Source of the DNA: Nemertoderma westbladi
Taxonomy: Eukaryota; Animalia; Xenacoelomorpha
Length of the DNA: 64,000 bases
NCBI GenBank assembly: GCA_032718475.1
Contig: JAUCBJ010001213.1
Coordinates: forward strand, 1-64,000
Direction: 5' to 3'
A model generated the notes under the pieces. The model made no database searches. It was not told the origin of the DNA and saw nothing but the letters and a program-made list of their open reading frames with translations. A program made the position numbers and the translations under genes. Positions 25,207 to 38,366 of the stretch are shown here, one piece after another; position 1 is the stretch's first letter, and each line of letters starts with the position of its first letter.

Positions 25207-25655
25207 GGGATGGGTCATAGACAATCTCTTATAGATAGGGGATGGGTCATATACAATATCTTATAGATAGGGGATGGGTCATATACAATATCTTATAGAT
25301 AGGGGATGGGTCATAGACAATCTCTTATAGATAGGGGATGGGTCATAGACAATCTCTTATAGATAGGGGATGGGTCATAGACAATCTCTTGTAGATAGGG
25401 GATGGGTTATAGACAATCTCTTATAGATAGGGGATGGGTCATAGACAATCTCTTATAGGATAGGGGATGGGTCATAGACAATCTCTTATAGATAGGGGAT
25501 GGGTCATAGACAATCTCTTATAGATAGGGGATGGGTCATAGACAATCTCTTATAGATAGGGGATGGGTCATAGACAATCTCTTATAGATAGGGGATGGGT
25601 CATAGACAATCTCTTATAGATAGGGGATGGGTCATAGACAATCACTTATAGGATA
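25173..25655. repeat. 32-bp tandem repeat, about 15 copies, overlapping the ITPR C-terminus
   Basis: Unit GGGGATGGGTCATAGACAATCTCTTATAGATA; the first copy encodes [10 protein letters not shown]. Confidence 0.96.
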
Positions 25656-28377
25656 TTATATAATGGTTAACTGTGACTCTCTCAGACACTTGTAGGAAGT
25701 CATTAATGAAGGCTCTGGAAGTCTTCTTAGGTATTTAGAGAAAAATAGAAAAAATATTAGATATTTATCTTTCTTGATGGATTAATTAATTATTATGTCA
25801 ATAAATAATTATTTCTTTCCTTTTTCAGTAGAACTTACAGTTCTCAGTATAGGCATCAGTCACTTTGTGAAGTTACAGGTTATGGTTTTTGTAATCCGCG
25901 TTTTCTGCTTGACTTTTTTTTTATTAATTACCGGTATGGTAGCTAGTGATTTGTAGTATGGCTATAGGAATTATCTTTAATTGTCTATTTCAATTACATT
26001 TTTTGGTGCTTACTGAGCCTTAAATTAAAACAGTTTTTTTTATTTATCAAACTATATTTTTGTGCCTACATAGTAACTTAGTGCATTCACAACTAGTCAC
26101 TAAGACTGTTCGGTTAGAGTTCCGTATAGAGTTCCTTATACGGAACTGTTACCGACTGTTCTCCAACCATAATTAATAAGGTTTCGTAAAGGCTTAAGTG
26201 CCTTCTGTTTACAATAGGAAGATTATTTTCAACTTTATCGTTTTAAAACTGACAATTAAAATTAACCCGAAATAGTTTCAACAAACGTCAAATAACTGGT
26301 TAAATTACATTGTTTTATATAAACTGCTATGAATTAGTGCTATAAGTGAATGCTATGTAGGCTACTTCTTGAGTACCGGTACATATTACTTTTAGAGTTT
26401 GAAGAAACGCAATTACACTAAAGCGTTTTTAAAATATTTTTTTTATTGTTTGAGTTGGTTGCGTTTAAATTTGATATCTCTTTATATCATTTATTTATTT
26501 ATAAAACACGCAATGAGATTGAGAAAATCTGAAATTTGCAAATCCGACTGTCAAGTTTCCATTTGTCTGCCAGACATCATAAAGTCTTGAAGGCAAAAAT
26601 GTAAACCTAAGTTCCCCAAACTGAATAACTTTTGTAACTTTTTTTTGTTAACGTAATCTTTCTAGTATAGCTGTCGTCATGTTTTTTTGCTAAAAATATT
26701 TAGAATACTTCCAATACTCGCAGTACAGGGATGTATGTGCGATTATGGCTACTACCACACAACAATATTATGATGTATTATAATATAATTCCACATCAAT
26801 ATGGTTATGGTATAGGATGTGGTCTACAGTTATATAATGAGTGATTGGTAGATTTATTGGGTAAATGTCTTTCCACCGCAGTAACACGATAGCGCCCTGC
26901 GCTGGCGCACGGCGCTACTATATTGCTCTTATGTTATCTATAAGATGTTTCGAAACATGCATTGAAACAATCCTATGTATTTTCTCGAACGAAGGGGGGT
27001 GTTAGTCGAATGGTCACAAAAAACCTGTATTACAAGTGTTTTTTAGTGTATTTTTTTTCTCTTTAGGGAGATGGGGCAGCTTTCAGCGGCAATGTTTTTA
27101 ACCAAAACAATAACCTAAACCAAAAAAACAAACCTTTTTATTTGTATTAACTTTACCCTTTTCTAGATATTTTTTCTCCGTGACAACTCCCCCCTTACAT
27201 ATTATATCAGTTAGCAGCTGGCTGACAGCTGATCATTAGGTATTGCCACATGGGTGTTGTACTTGCGGGATCTCACAGCTGCTTCGTAATAAATGAGATC
27301 CCATTGTAACTAACTAATAACTCGAAGTAGCGCTATCAATTTGCACCATATTTGTTTCTACGTATCGGGTTAGACTTTTTTTGCTATAGCGATAGCTGCT
27401 CCTTTTCCCTCCTTCCGTGTTTCTCTCTAAATCACCCTTTAGTCTGTGTCTCTAGATAAAGTCCCCTACAAGGGTGACATATGCGATCAGTATAGGCCTA
27501 CTGATTTAGTTCACTTACCAGTAAGGATTTATGTTATATTTAACACTATTTTTGACATAAATAAATTTATATATTTCCCGTAAATTTCTCAACTTTGTGA
27601 TGTCAATCCTTATTTATTCTTTTCGGTAAAATATGCCAAGTAAAATATTTGCACAGCAAGAAATAACATTTATGTCTGCGTTTACAATGTTATATATAGA
27701 CACAGTTATTTGCTTTCAACAAATTATTTACTAACTTAATTTTTTTTTAAACACAATCTGTCTCATTAACTTTTGTTTACTTATACAATGGTCATGCATC
27801 TATTATGTATTCAGTTTTTGAGGTGATAATTTTGTATTTAATTTTTGTATTGATTGCAAACTAGTTTCTAATAACCAATGATATTCAATTTAGTAAATTG
27901 GGGCGGGGGGGGGGGGGGGGGGTCATAGAAGCTAAACAGTGTCAGAAGCAAAGTATGTTTTGTTACATTACATTATATAATCGGGATGGACAGGCCCGGA
28001 CCTATATTGTATACTTAATAATCAAAGATGTAAAGAATAAACATTTGCAGGAGTCCCACACAAATGATTCTAATTAATTATTATTTGAGATACATAAGTG
28101 CAAAGGGGACAACTGTCTGGGAGCTATAGCAACGATTCCAGCCAGTTGTAGGGGTGCGAGGAGGGGGCGTAGCCAACAACACTGCTTTAAGAATAATTAC
28201 ACCGGTATGTGGTAGTTTAAATTTGTTCCCTATTCCATTCGCCTGCCCCGGGCCAGAGGTATTCAAACAGCCGATGTTGTATATAATAATAATGACAACA
28301 ATAATTATTATAATTTTAATTTATTTACATTTTAAATTAATGAATCTAGGGAGAATGTATTTACGAGAGTTATCTTT

Positions 28378-31300
28378 GAGAGAGTGAGGAACGGCGCAGT
28401 TGAGAGAGAGTGAGGAACGGCGCAGTTGAGAGAGAGTGAGGAACGGCGCAGTTGAGAGAGTGAGGATCGGTGCAGTTGAGAGAGTGAGGAACGGCGCAGT
28501 TGAGAGAGAGTGAGGAACGGCGCAGTTGAGAGAGTGAGGATCGGCGCAATTGAGAGAGAGTGAGGATCGGTGCAGTTGAGAGAGTGAGGAACGGCGCAGT
28601 TGAGAGAGAGTGAGGAACGGCGCAGTTGAGAGAGAGTGAGGAACGGCGCAATTGAAGAGTGAGGAACGGTGCAGTTGAGAGAGTGAGGATCGGCGCAATT
28701 GAGAGAGAGTGAGGATCGGTGCAGTTGAGAGAGTGAGGAACGGCGCAGTTGAGAGAGAGTGAGGAACGGCGCAGTTGAGAGAGAGTGAGGAACGGCGCAG
28801 TTGAGAGAGTGAGGATCGGCGCAATTGAGAGAGAGTGAGGATCGGTGCAGTTGAGAGAGTGAGGAACGGCGCAGTTGAGAGAGAGTGAGGAACGGCGCAG
28901 TTGAGAGAGAGTGAGGAACGGCGCAATTGAAGAGTGAGGAACGGTGCAGTTGAGAGAGAGTGAGGAACGGTGCAGTTGAGAGATAGTGAGGAACGGTGCA
29001 GTTGAGAGAGAGTGAGGATCGGTGCAGTTGAGAGAGAGTGAGGAACGGCGCAGTTGAGAGAGTGAGGATCGGCGCAATTGAGAGAGAGTGAGGATCGGTG
29101 CAGTTGAGAGAGTGAGGAACGGCGTAGTTGAGAGAGTGAGGAACGGTGCAGTTGAGAGAGAGTGAGGAACGGCGCAATTGAAGAGTGAGGAACGGTGCAG
29201 TTGAGAGAGAGTGAGGAACGGTGCAGTTGAGAGATAGTGAGGAACGGTGCAGTTGAGAGAGAGTGAGGATCGGTGCAGTTGAGAGAGAGTGAGGAACGGT
29301 GCAGTTGAGAGAGAGTGAGGAACGGCGCAGTTGAGAGAGTGAGGATCGGCGCAATTGATAGAGAGTGAGGAACGGTGCAGTTGAAAGAGAGTGAGGATCG
29401 GTGCAGTTGAGAGAGAGTGAGGAACGGTGCAGTTGAGAGAGAGTGAGGATCGGTGCAGTTGAGAGAGAGTGAGGAACGGCGCAGTTGAGAGAGAGTGAGG
29501 AACGGCGCAGTTGAGAGAGTGAGGATCGGCGCAATTGAGAGAGAGTGAGGATCGGTGCAGTTGAGAGAGTGAGGAACGGCGCAGTTGAGAGAGTGAGGAA
29601 CGGTGCAGTTGAGAGAGAGTGAGGAACGGCGCAATTGAAGAGTGAGGAACGGTGCAGTTGAGAGAGAGTGAGGAACGGTGCAGTTGAGAGATAGTGAGGA
29701 ACGGTGCAGTTGAGAGAGAGTGAGGATCGGTGCAGTTGAGAGAGAGTGAGGAACGGTGCAGTTGAGAGAGAGTGAGGAACGGCGCAGTTGAGAGAGTGAG
29801 GATCGGCGCAATTGATAGAGAGTGAGGAACGGTGCAGTTGAAAGAGAGTGAGGATCGGTGCAGTTGAAGAGTGAGGAACGGCGCAGTTGAAAGAGAGTGA
29901 GGATCGGTGCAGTTGAGAGAGAGTGAGGAACGGTGCAGTTGAGAGAGAGTGAGGAACGGCGCAATTGAAGAGTGAGGAACGGTGCAGTTGAGAGAGAGTG
30001 AGGAACGGTGCAGTTGAGAGAGAGTGAGGAACGGCGCAATTGAAGAGTGAGGAACGGTGCAGTTGAGAGAGAGTGAGGATCGGTGCAGTTGAGAGAGAGT
30101 GAGGAACGGCGCAATTGAAGAGTGAGGAACGGTGCAGTTGAGAGAGAGTGAGGATCGGTGCAGTTGAGAGAGAGTGAGGAACGGCGCAGTTGAGAGAGAG
30201 TGAGGAACGGCGCAGTTGAGAGAGTGAGGATCGGCGCAATTGAGAGAGAGTGAGGATCGGTGCAGTTGAGAGAGTGAGGAACGGCGCAGTTGAGAGAGTG
30301 AGGAACGGTGCAGTTGAGAGAGAGTGAGGAACGGCGCAATTGAAGAGTGAGGAACGGTGCAGTTGAGAGAGAGTGAGGAACGGCGCAGTTGAGAGAGTGA
30401 GGATCGGCGCAATTGAGAGAGAGTGAGGATCGGTGCAGTTGAGAGAGTGAGGAACGGCGCAGTTGAGAGAGTGAGGAACGGTGCAGTTGAGAGAGAGTGA
30501 GGAACGGCGCAATTGAAGAGTGAGGAACGGTGCAGTTGAGAGAGAGTGAGGAACGGTGCAGTTGAGAGATAGTGAGGAACGGTGCAGTTGAGAGAGAGTG
30601 AGGATCGGTGCAGTTGAGAGAGAGTGAGGAACGGTGCAGTTGAGAGAGAGTGAGGAACGGCGCAGTTGAGAGAGTGAGGATCGGCGCAATTGATAGAGAG
30701 TGAGGAACGGTGCAGTTGAAAGAGAGTGAGGATCGGTGCAGTTGAGAGAGAGTGAGGAACGGTGCAGTTGAGAGAGAGTGAGGATCGGTGCAGTTGAGAG
30801 AGAGTGAGGAACGGCGCAGTTGAGAGAGAGTGAGGAACGGCGCAGTTGAGAGAGTGAGGATCGGCGCAATTGAGAGAGAGTGAGGATCGGTGCAGTTGAG
30901 AGAGTGAGGAACGGCGCAGTTGAGAGAGTGAGGAACGGTGCAGTTGAGAGAGAGTGAGGAACGGCGCAATTGAAGAGTGAGGAACGGTGCAGTTGAGAGA
31001 GAGTGAGGAACGGTGCAGTTGAGAGATAGTGAGGAACGGTGCAGTTGAGAGAGAGTGAGGATCGGTGCAGTTGAGAGAGAGTGAGGAACGGTGCAGTTGA
31101 GAGAGACTGAGGAACGGCGCAGTTGAGAGAGTGAGGATCGGCGCAATTGATAGAGAGTGAGGAACGGTGCAGTTGAAAGAGAGTGAGGATCGGTGCAGTT
31201 GAAGAGTGAGGAACGGCGCAGTTGAAAGAGAGTGAGGATCGGTGCAGTTGAGAGAGAGTGAGGAACGGTGCAGTTGAGAGAGAGTGAGGAACGGCGCAAT

Positions 31301-34300
31301 TGAAGAGTGAGGAACGGTGCAGTTGAGAGAGAGTGAGGAACGGTGCAGTTGAGAGAGAGTGAGGAACGGCGCAATTGAAGAGTGAGGAACGGTGCAGTTG
31401 AGAGAGAGTGAGGATCGGTGCAGTTGAGAGAGAGTGAGGAACGGCGCAATTGAAGAGTGAGGAACGGTGCAGTTGAGAGAGAGTGAGGAACGGCGCAATT
31501 GAATAGTGAGGAACGACGCAGTTTAGACAGAGTGAGGAACGGCGCAATTAAAGAGCGAGGAACGGCGCAGTTGAGAGAGAGTGAGGAACGGCGCAATTGA
31601 AAGAGAGTGAGAACGGCACAGTTGAGAGAGAGTGAGGAACGGCACAGTTGAGAGAGAGTGAGGAACGGCACAGTTGCGAGAGAGTGAGGAACGGCACAGT
31701 TGAGAGAGAGTGAGGAACGGCGCAGTTGAGAGTGAGTGAGGAACGGCGCAATTGAAGAGTGAGGAACGGCGCAGTTGAGAGAGAGTGAGGAACGGCACAG
31801 TTGAGAGAGAGTGAGGAACGGCGCAGTTGAGAGAGAGTGAGGAACGGCGCAGTTGAGAGAGAGTGAGGAACGGCGCAATTGAAGAGTGAGGAACGGCGCA
31901 GTTGAGAGTGAGGAACGGCACAGTTGAGAGAGAGTGAGGAACGGCACAGTTGAGAGAGAGTGAGGAACGGCACAGTTGAGAGAGAGAGTGAGGAACGGCA
32001 CAGTTGAGAGAGAGTGAGGAACGGCGCAGTTGAGAGAGAGTGAGGAACGGCACAGTTGAGAGAGAGTGAGGAAGGGCGCAGTTGAGAGAGAGTGAGGAAC
32101 GGAGCAGTTGAAAGAGTGTGAGGAACGGCGCAATTGAAGAGTGAGGAACGGCGCAGTTGAGAGTGAGTGAGGAACGGCGTAGTTGAGAGAGAGTGAGGAA
32201 CAGCGCAATTGAAGAGTGAGGAACGGCGCAATTGAAGAGTGAGGAACGGCGCAGTTGAGAGAGAGTGAGGAACGGCGCAGTTGAGAGAGTGAGGGACGGC
32301 ACAGTTGAGAGAGAGTGATGAACGGCACAGTTGAGAGAGAGAGAGGGGAACGGCACAGTTGAGAGAGAGTGAGGAACGGCACAGTTGAGAGAGAGTGAGG
32401 AACGGCACAGTTGAGAGAGAGTGAGGAACGGCGCAATTGAAGAGTGAGTAACGGCGCAATTGAAGAGTGAGGAACGGTGCAGTTGAGAGAGAGTGAGGAA
32501 CGGCACAGTTGGGAGAGAGTGAGGAACGGCACAGTTGAGAGAGAGTGAGGAACGGCGCAATTGAAGAGTGAGGAACGGCGCAATTGAAGAGTGAGGAACG
32601 GTGCAGTTGAGAGAGAGTGAGGAACGGCACAGTTGAGAGAGAGTGAGGAACGGCACAGTTGAAAGAGAGTGAGGAACGGCGCAATTGAAGAGTGAGGAAC
32701 GGTGCAGTTGAGAGAGAGTGATGAACGGCACAGTTGAGAGAGAGAGAGTGAGGAACGACACAGTTGAGAGAGAGTGAGGAACAGCGCAGTTGAGAGAGAG
32801 AGAGAGGAACGGCACAGTTGAGAGAGAGTGAGAGGAACGGCACAGTTGAGAGAGAGTGAGGAACGGCGCAGTTGAGATAGAGAGTGAGGAACGGCGCAAT
32901 TGAAGAGTGAGGAACGGCGCAGTTGAGAGAGAGTGAGGAACGGCGCAGTTGAGATAGAGTGAGGAACGGCACAGTTGAGAGAGAGTGAGGAACGGCGCGG
33001 TTGAGAGAGAGGAACGGAACGGCACAGTTGAGAGAGAGTGAGGAACGGCGCAATTGAACAGTGAGGAACGGTGCAGTTGAGAGAGAGAGTGCGGAACGGC
33101 ACAGTTGAGAGAGAGAGAGTGAGGAACGACACAGTTGAGAGTGAGGAACGGCACAGTTGAGAGAGAGAGAGGAACGGCACAGTTGAGAGAGAGTGAGGAA
33201 CGGCACAGTTGAGAGAGAGTGAGGAACGGCGCAATTGAAGAGTGAGGAACGGCGCAGTTGAGAGAGAGTGAGGAACGGCACAGTTGAGAGAGAGTGAGGA
33301 ACGGCACAGTTGAGAGAGAGTGAGGAACGGCACAGTTGAGAGAGAGTGAGGAACGGCGCAGTTGAGAGAGAGTGAGGAACGGCACAGTTGAAAGAGAGTG
33401 AGGAACGGCCCAGTTGAGAGAGAGTGAGGAACGGCGCAGTTGAGAGAGAGTGAGGAACGGCGCAGTTGAGAGTGAGCGAGGAACGGCGTAGTTGAGAGAG
33501 AGAGTGAGGAACGGCACAGTTGAGTGAGAGTGAGGAAGGGCGCAGTTGAGAGAGAGTGAGGAACGGCGCAGTTGAGAGAGAGTGATGAACGGTGCAGTTG
33601 AGAGAGAGTGAGGAACGGCGCAGTTGAGAGAGAGTGAGGAACGGCGCAATTGAAGAGTGAGGAACGGTGCAGTTGAGAGGGAGTGAGGAACGGCACAGTT
33701 GAGAGAGAGAGAGTGAGGAACGGCACAGTTGAGAGAGAGAGAGGAACGGCACAGTTGAGAGAGAGTGAGGAACGGCACAGTTGAGAGAGAGTGAGGAACG
33801 GCACAGTTGAGAGTGAGCGAGGAACGGCGTAGTTGAGAGAGAGAGTGAGGAACGGCACAGTTGAGTGAGAGTGAGGAACGGCGCAGTTGAGAGAGAGTGA
33901 GGAACGGCGCAGTTGAGAGAGAGTGAGGAACGGCACAGTTGAGAGAGAGTGAGGAACGGCGCGGTTGAGAGAGAGTGAGGAACGGCGCAATTGAAGAGTG
34001 AGGAACGGTGCAGTTGAGAGGGAGTGAGGAACGGCACAGTTGAGAGAGAGAGAGTGAGGAACGGCACAGTTGAGAGAGAGAGAGGAACGGCACAGTTGAG
34101 AGAGAGTGAGGAACGGCACAGTTGAGAGAGAGTGAGGAACGGCGCAATTGAAGAGTGAGGAACGGCGCAATTGAAGAGTGAGGAACGGTGCAGTTGAGAG
34201 AGAGTGAGGAACGGCACAGTTGAGAGAGAGAGTGAGGAACGACACAGTTGAGAGAGAGTGAGGAACGGCGCGGTTGAGAGAGAGTGAGGAACGGCGCGGT

Positions 34301-34332
34301 TGAGAGAGAGTGAGGAACGACACAGTTGAGAG
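28378..34332. repeat. 23-28-bp purine-rich satellite (core GAGTGAGGAACGGCGCAGTTGAGAGA)
   Basis: About 230 copies with variable (GA)n; left half rich in GGATC/GGTGC variants, right half in GGCAC variants. Confidence 0.97.
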
Positions 34333-37004
34333 TTGGATTTGAGAGTGATGTTGCTTGGCCAGAAGTCATAATTAAGGGTCTTAGGTTTATCTTCGATGTC
34401 TATAGTGGCCCGGATTCGTATTGATTGGGGTTTATGACCAGGTCAGCTGGTTGTTGTGCGCTTTACCATTTCTCCTCTGCGTTCTAGGTAGTTAGTGACA
34501 TCAGCTTCATTCTCCCACTGGTGGAGGGAGACCCGTAATGTATATGACTGCTGGATTTCGTACCTGCTTATTGCTGGTTCTACTAATCTCCCATTTCCAA
34601 TTAACGTTGCGGTTGCAGTTGCTTTTGTTTTCTCCTTCATACATTTTCTTATGACTTCGTCTTTTTCCAGTGATGTCGACCAAGCTATTGTTCTCCTTAG
34701 ATTTATCTTGAATCAACTAAACCTTTTTGTTCCTTATTTGCCCTTGAATATAATTGTTTCTGTTATTATTTACTGACACTTGAGTTTGCATTATTTTGTC
34801 AGTATTTGGCTTCATTACAGACATTATTTTAGCCTCTAGGATTATGCGAGCACCCCGTTCTTCGTTCAGGTCTTCCTTAATCCGTTAATTTTCATCCTCC
34901 ATTGTGTCTACATTATTCTCCAGGGAGCAGATCCTGGCTTGTAAGGCCGCAACGGAAGATATAAGGTCTGATCTTAATTGTTCTAATGATAGTGCTGATG
35001 GAGAGGTTTCTGTTTGTACTTTTTTCTTCAGACGTTTTCGAGCAGCATCTGTCAGGTTTCCAACCTGGGCACGTAACAATTCATGTATATCCAGCGAAAC
35101 CTCGCTTGGTGAGCCACGCTGCCTGAGCTCAAGAGTGACCTGTTGTGTTGGGGCCATGAGCTGCACCACCTCTGCGAATAACTTAGATCTAATATTTAAT
35201 CGATGTTCTGCTGAGAAAGTATTTAGTCTTTTTAATGTTGCTTTCTTAGAGTCCAAGAGGAGGGAAGACATGATATTGTTGATTGAATCTGATGAATCCT
35301 GGCATGATGGTTGTGTATTCCCGGTTAAGGTAAGTGTGCCAGGATCCACACTCTTCTTAAACAGATTGTTAGGGTTATCCATGGATTTATGACTGGAATT
35401 ACCTTGGATTGGCCAGATGGTGTTTGTCTGATGGCCATAGGTATCGGAGTTGATGCCACTGCCATAAAGGATGATGGCGGCACCAGCTGATGTGATATGG
35501 GTGTGCAAACGAGGTCACTGTCGATTTTGACATCTTTAATGACACCTTCCAACCATTTGCGTATACCTCCATTATTTTTTTGGAATACATATTTAGCACC
35601 TGTAGCTAAGTAAATGGCATATATGCAGATAAACGTCCCACAGTCGTATACATTGGGTTGACTTGGGATTTCGCGGTGGCGCATTTATACTTGCCATTCC
35701 GGACGTGCAACTCCTTTGACTCTGTGGATCGAGTTGAGCAGGTTGCATAATATGGACTGATTTTTGCTGCTATAATCTCTTTTGATTGGGCAAAAAGAGT
35801 ATAGTTTCCTGGTGGTCACTTCTGCAATATGTAATGTATAGTGGCTGTTGGTGCACTCAGGGAAGAATATTAATTCCTCAGTCTCTCGGTCACAGCTACT
35901 TGTGATGTATCTTACTGCGGCAGATACATCAAATTTGTCTTGGCTCAACTTGAGGCACAGTGAACTGTCAACAGAGCGTATGTGTGAGAAATGTCTCTCT
36001 AAGTAAGCCAAAGAAGCAGTCTATTATACCGGTAGTTACTAACGAGGTTCCCTGCAAACTTTCCATATCAAGACCACCTTGCACTGGGTTGAATAGTGGA
36101 ATGAAGAGTGATTGGTGTGTGTCTACGCGGCTTTGTGATAGCCTTCACTACATCTAATTCATTGAAACCTGGTTCAATGTCGGCATGAAAGATGCCTTCT
36201 AGTAGGGAGTCACTATCTTCTTCCAAGATGCTTAGTCCTGGTCTGGTGGGTCTGCCTTCTTCGTGAGATACATTTTCATTCACTGAACTGGTGGGCTTGG
36301 GTTCATGATATAGAGTATCGCTCAGGGGTTGGAACTCTGGGCTGTTTGGATTTAACACATGTGCGCTAGCCTTTGTTGCTGTTGGCTGTGACTTCTGGAA
36401 GAAATCGGTAATTTTCTTCACCTTTCTGCTGCTGCTTTGATTACATATTGCTATGCATTCGACTCCCGGGGAAGCCACTGCATGGTTGTAAATGGTTGCA
36501 TTTCCTGGTGGACCTGTAACTTCTTCTGGAATAGTGTTGGAAATATAAGGGCTTATTGGATCCGCGATTGATCCAGCATTGTCAAGAAGACATGTGACCT
36601 TGGGTTCACTTGCAATGCCTTGGCCTATAGGGTTAGTTGATGGGGCTGTAGCGTACTGTTGGTCTGTGGTGTGGTTGTTTTTTGGGCGTGGGTATGCATT
36701 TATGGTGATATATCTGGGCTTCCAGGTGAGGTCACCCTGGAGGTCATCCACTCTGTATATCAGTGTCTCCTGCCCAGTTACTGTACCTTGAATAGAATTG
36801 GAACAAGATAAGTATTATCTTTCTTACAGAATCGAACCTGGACATATTAACTTTCAAATGAATGAGCGAATGAGCTCCCACGCTATGCAAAGATATACCA
36901 TGAATATAAATCATGAACATGAAAATACTGTTTGCAATTTTGCAAACTTGGTAGATTGCCTGACTCCGTATGCAACCGTATGCTGACTCCTCAGTACTAG
37001 CCAC
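34333..37004 (-). pseudogene. Fragmented transposon ORF: Ulp1/C48-like cysteine protease (~35590-36011), coiled coil (~34850-35000), RRM-like domain (~34340-34545)
   Basis: LIFFPECTNSHYTLHI...[stop]...IPSQPNVYDCGTFIC (His and QxNxxDCG of Ulp1 family); LEQLRSDL..LQARICSLENNV; VIYITGLPP..EADVTNYL..RIRATIDIEDKPKTLNYDFWPSNI. Several stops and frameshifts. Confidence 0.65.
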
Positions 37005-38065
37005 CTATTGCATTGCAGTATCGGAGTAGGCCTATTGTTGTATTGTTGCTAAGTTCAATACGTTGAGTAAACCTACCGCTCGCGCTGTACCACTCTTACG
37101 TACGCTACGACCGCGGACAGGTACACATTTCAACATTTCTTAAGCTGCTATACAGCACTACTCCAATACTCCAATACAATACATAGGTGGATAGGACTGA
37201 ATGGTTCTGTACTTCTTGCATACCGGCTAGGCAATCTGCGAGTTTATAATTGTGAATTTATTCATTAATCAATGTTAAATCACCATGAATTTAATTAATT
37301 GTGGTGTCAAAAGACGCACAAGACTCTCCGCTTTCAATTGATATAAGCCACGTGTAAAATGATTGAGATTTAATGTGAATTTGAATGGATCCAAAATCAC
37401 CCTCCATAGAAACCAATATAAGAAATTATCGGAGCACTGCGTAGTGACGTCAAATATGTAGCAGCCAATCACAGCCGACTTTCAAAATTGGCTTCCCTGT
37501 CTTACTATTTAACCCGCCATTTAGACCGTTTCCTCGGGTTTTTACAAAAAACGGCCACTCGATTCAGGGCACCTTGTTACCCCTTATTCGATTGTTTCTA
37601 GACCAACAATTTTTTCGCGCACCAAACCTATTACTTAAATACTAATTTTATGAAATATTGTAACAGATCAGCGTCGGTTTCATTTTTGAACATAGAATAA
37701 ATGTTTTTCATGGGTAGCAAATAAATACAAGCAACTTTCCCAACCAAATTCAAATGTTTTTACATATTTGGAATCCTTGCATGGCCAGCTTTCTAACAAA
37801 CCAATAAATTATTATAAGGTTGGAGAATAACTGTGCGGTAACTGGTGAAATATTGCTGGAGACACTTTTTTTAAACGCTTGTAGCTAAAGATTGAAAGCA
37901 AAAATAAAAATTCTGGCTCACGCAGCAAGGAGGAGGGAGGTGAAGGCGTGTCACTGAATTACGAGACTATATTCTAGGTATTCTAGGACATGGTGTATAC
38001 TGTAGTGTAGTGTAGTGTACAGGCAGCTCAGGGTTGCATTACTTGACAAAACCTTTAAAATAATT

Positions 38066-38366
38066 CGATGATAGGACAATTGCGACCCGGACAGTTGCGA
38101 CTCGGACAGTTGCGACACGGACAATTGCGACCCGGACAATTGCGACCCATGATTTTAGAAATAATTGATGGGTCGCAATTATTGTCCGGGTCGCAATTGA
38201 CCGGGTCGCAATTATTGTCCGGGTCGCAATTATCCGAGTCGCAATTGTCCGGGTCGCAATTGACCGGGTCGCAATTTTCCGGGTCGCAATTATTGTCCGG
38301 GTCGCAATTATCCGAGTCGCAATTGTCCGGGTCGCAATTGACCGGGTCGCAATTGACCGGACTCCC
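38066..38366. mobile_element. Foldback/MITE-like element of 15-bp units in inverted orientation
   Basis: Five GGACAATTGCGACCC-type units, a short spacer, then about 12 reverse-complement GGGTCGCAATTGTCC units. Confidence 0.7.

Larger units (their letters stand above)
28283..37004 (-). mobile_element. Decayed CR1/L2-like non-LTR element: ORF1 remnant, internal satellite and 3' tail
   Basis: ORF1-like coiled coil and RRM ending in FWP; beyond the satellite, ...RKYILPRFINL (ORF2-end-like), AATAAA and an (ATT)n-like tail. No RT or endonuclease seen; boundaries approximate. Confidence 0.5.

Noticed and set aside
26889-26918. GC-rich hairpin TAGCGCC...GGCGCTA (similar small hairpins near 26118-26146 and 27267-27302)
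   Set aside because: Could be Helitron or MITE remnants, but I could not identify matching termini or an RNA gene fold.
28321-34369. ORFs of 889-2000 aa on the minus strand
   Set aside because: Translations of a satellite lacking stop codons; open in several frames at once, with frame-shifting unit lengths and no domain content.
36744-36800. Possible 2A-like ribosome-skipping peptide (WAGDTDIQSG) at the start of the LINE-like ORF
   Set aside because: Lacks the required D(V/I)ExNPGP consensus.
37275-37950. Possible non-autonomous DNA transposon or promoter-like segment (TGACGTCA, CCAAT)
   Set aside because: No TIR pair or TSD found, and no adjacent gene start to support a promoter call.
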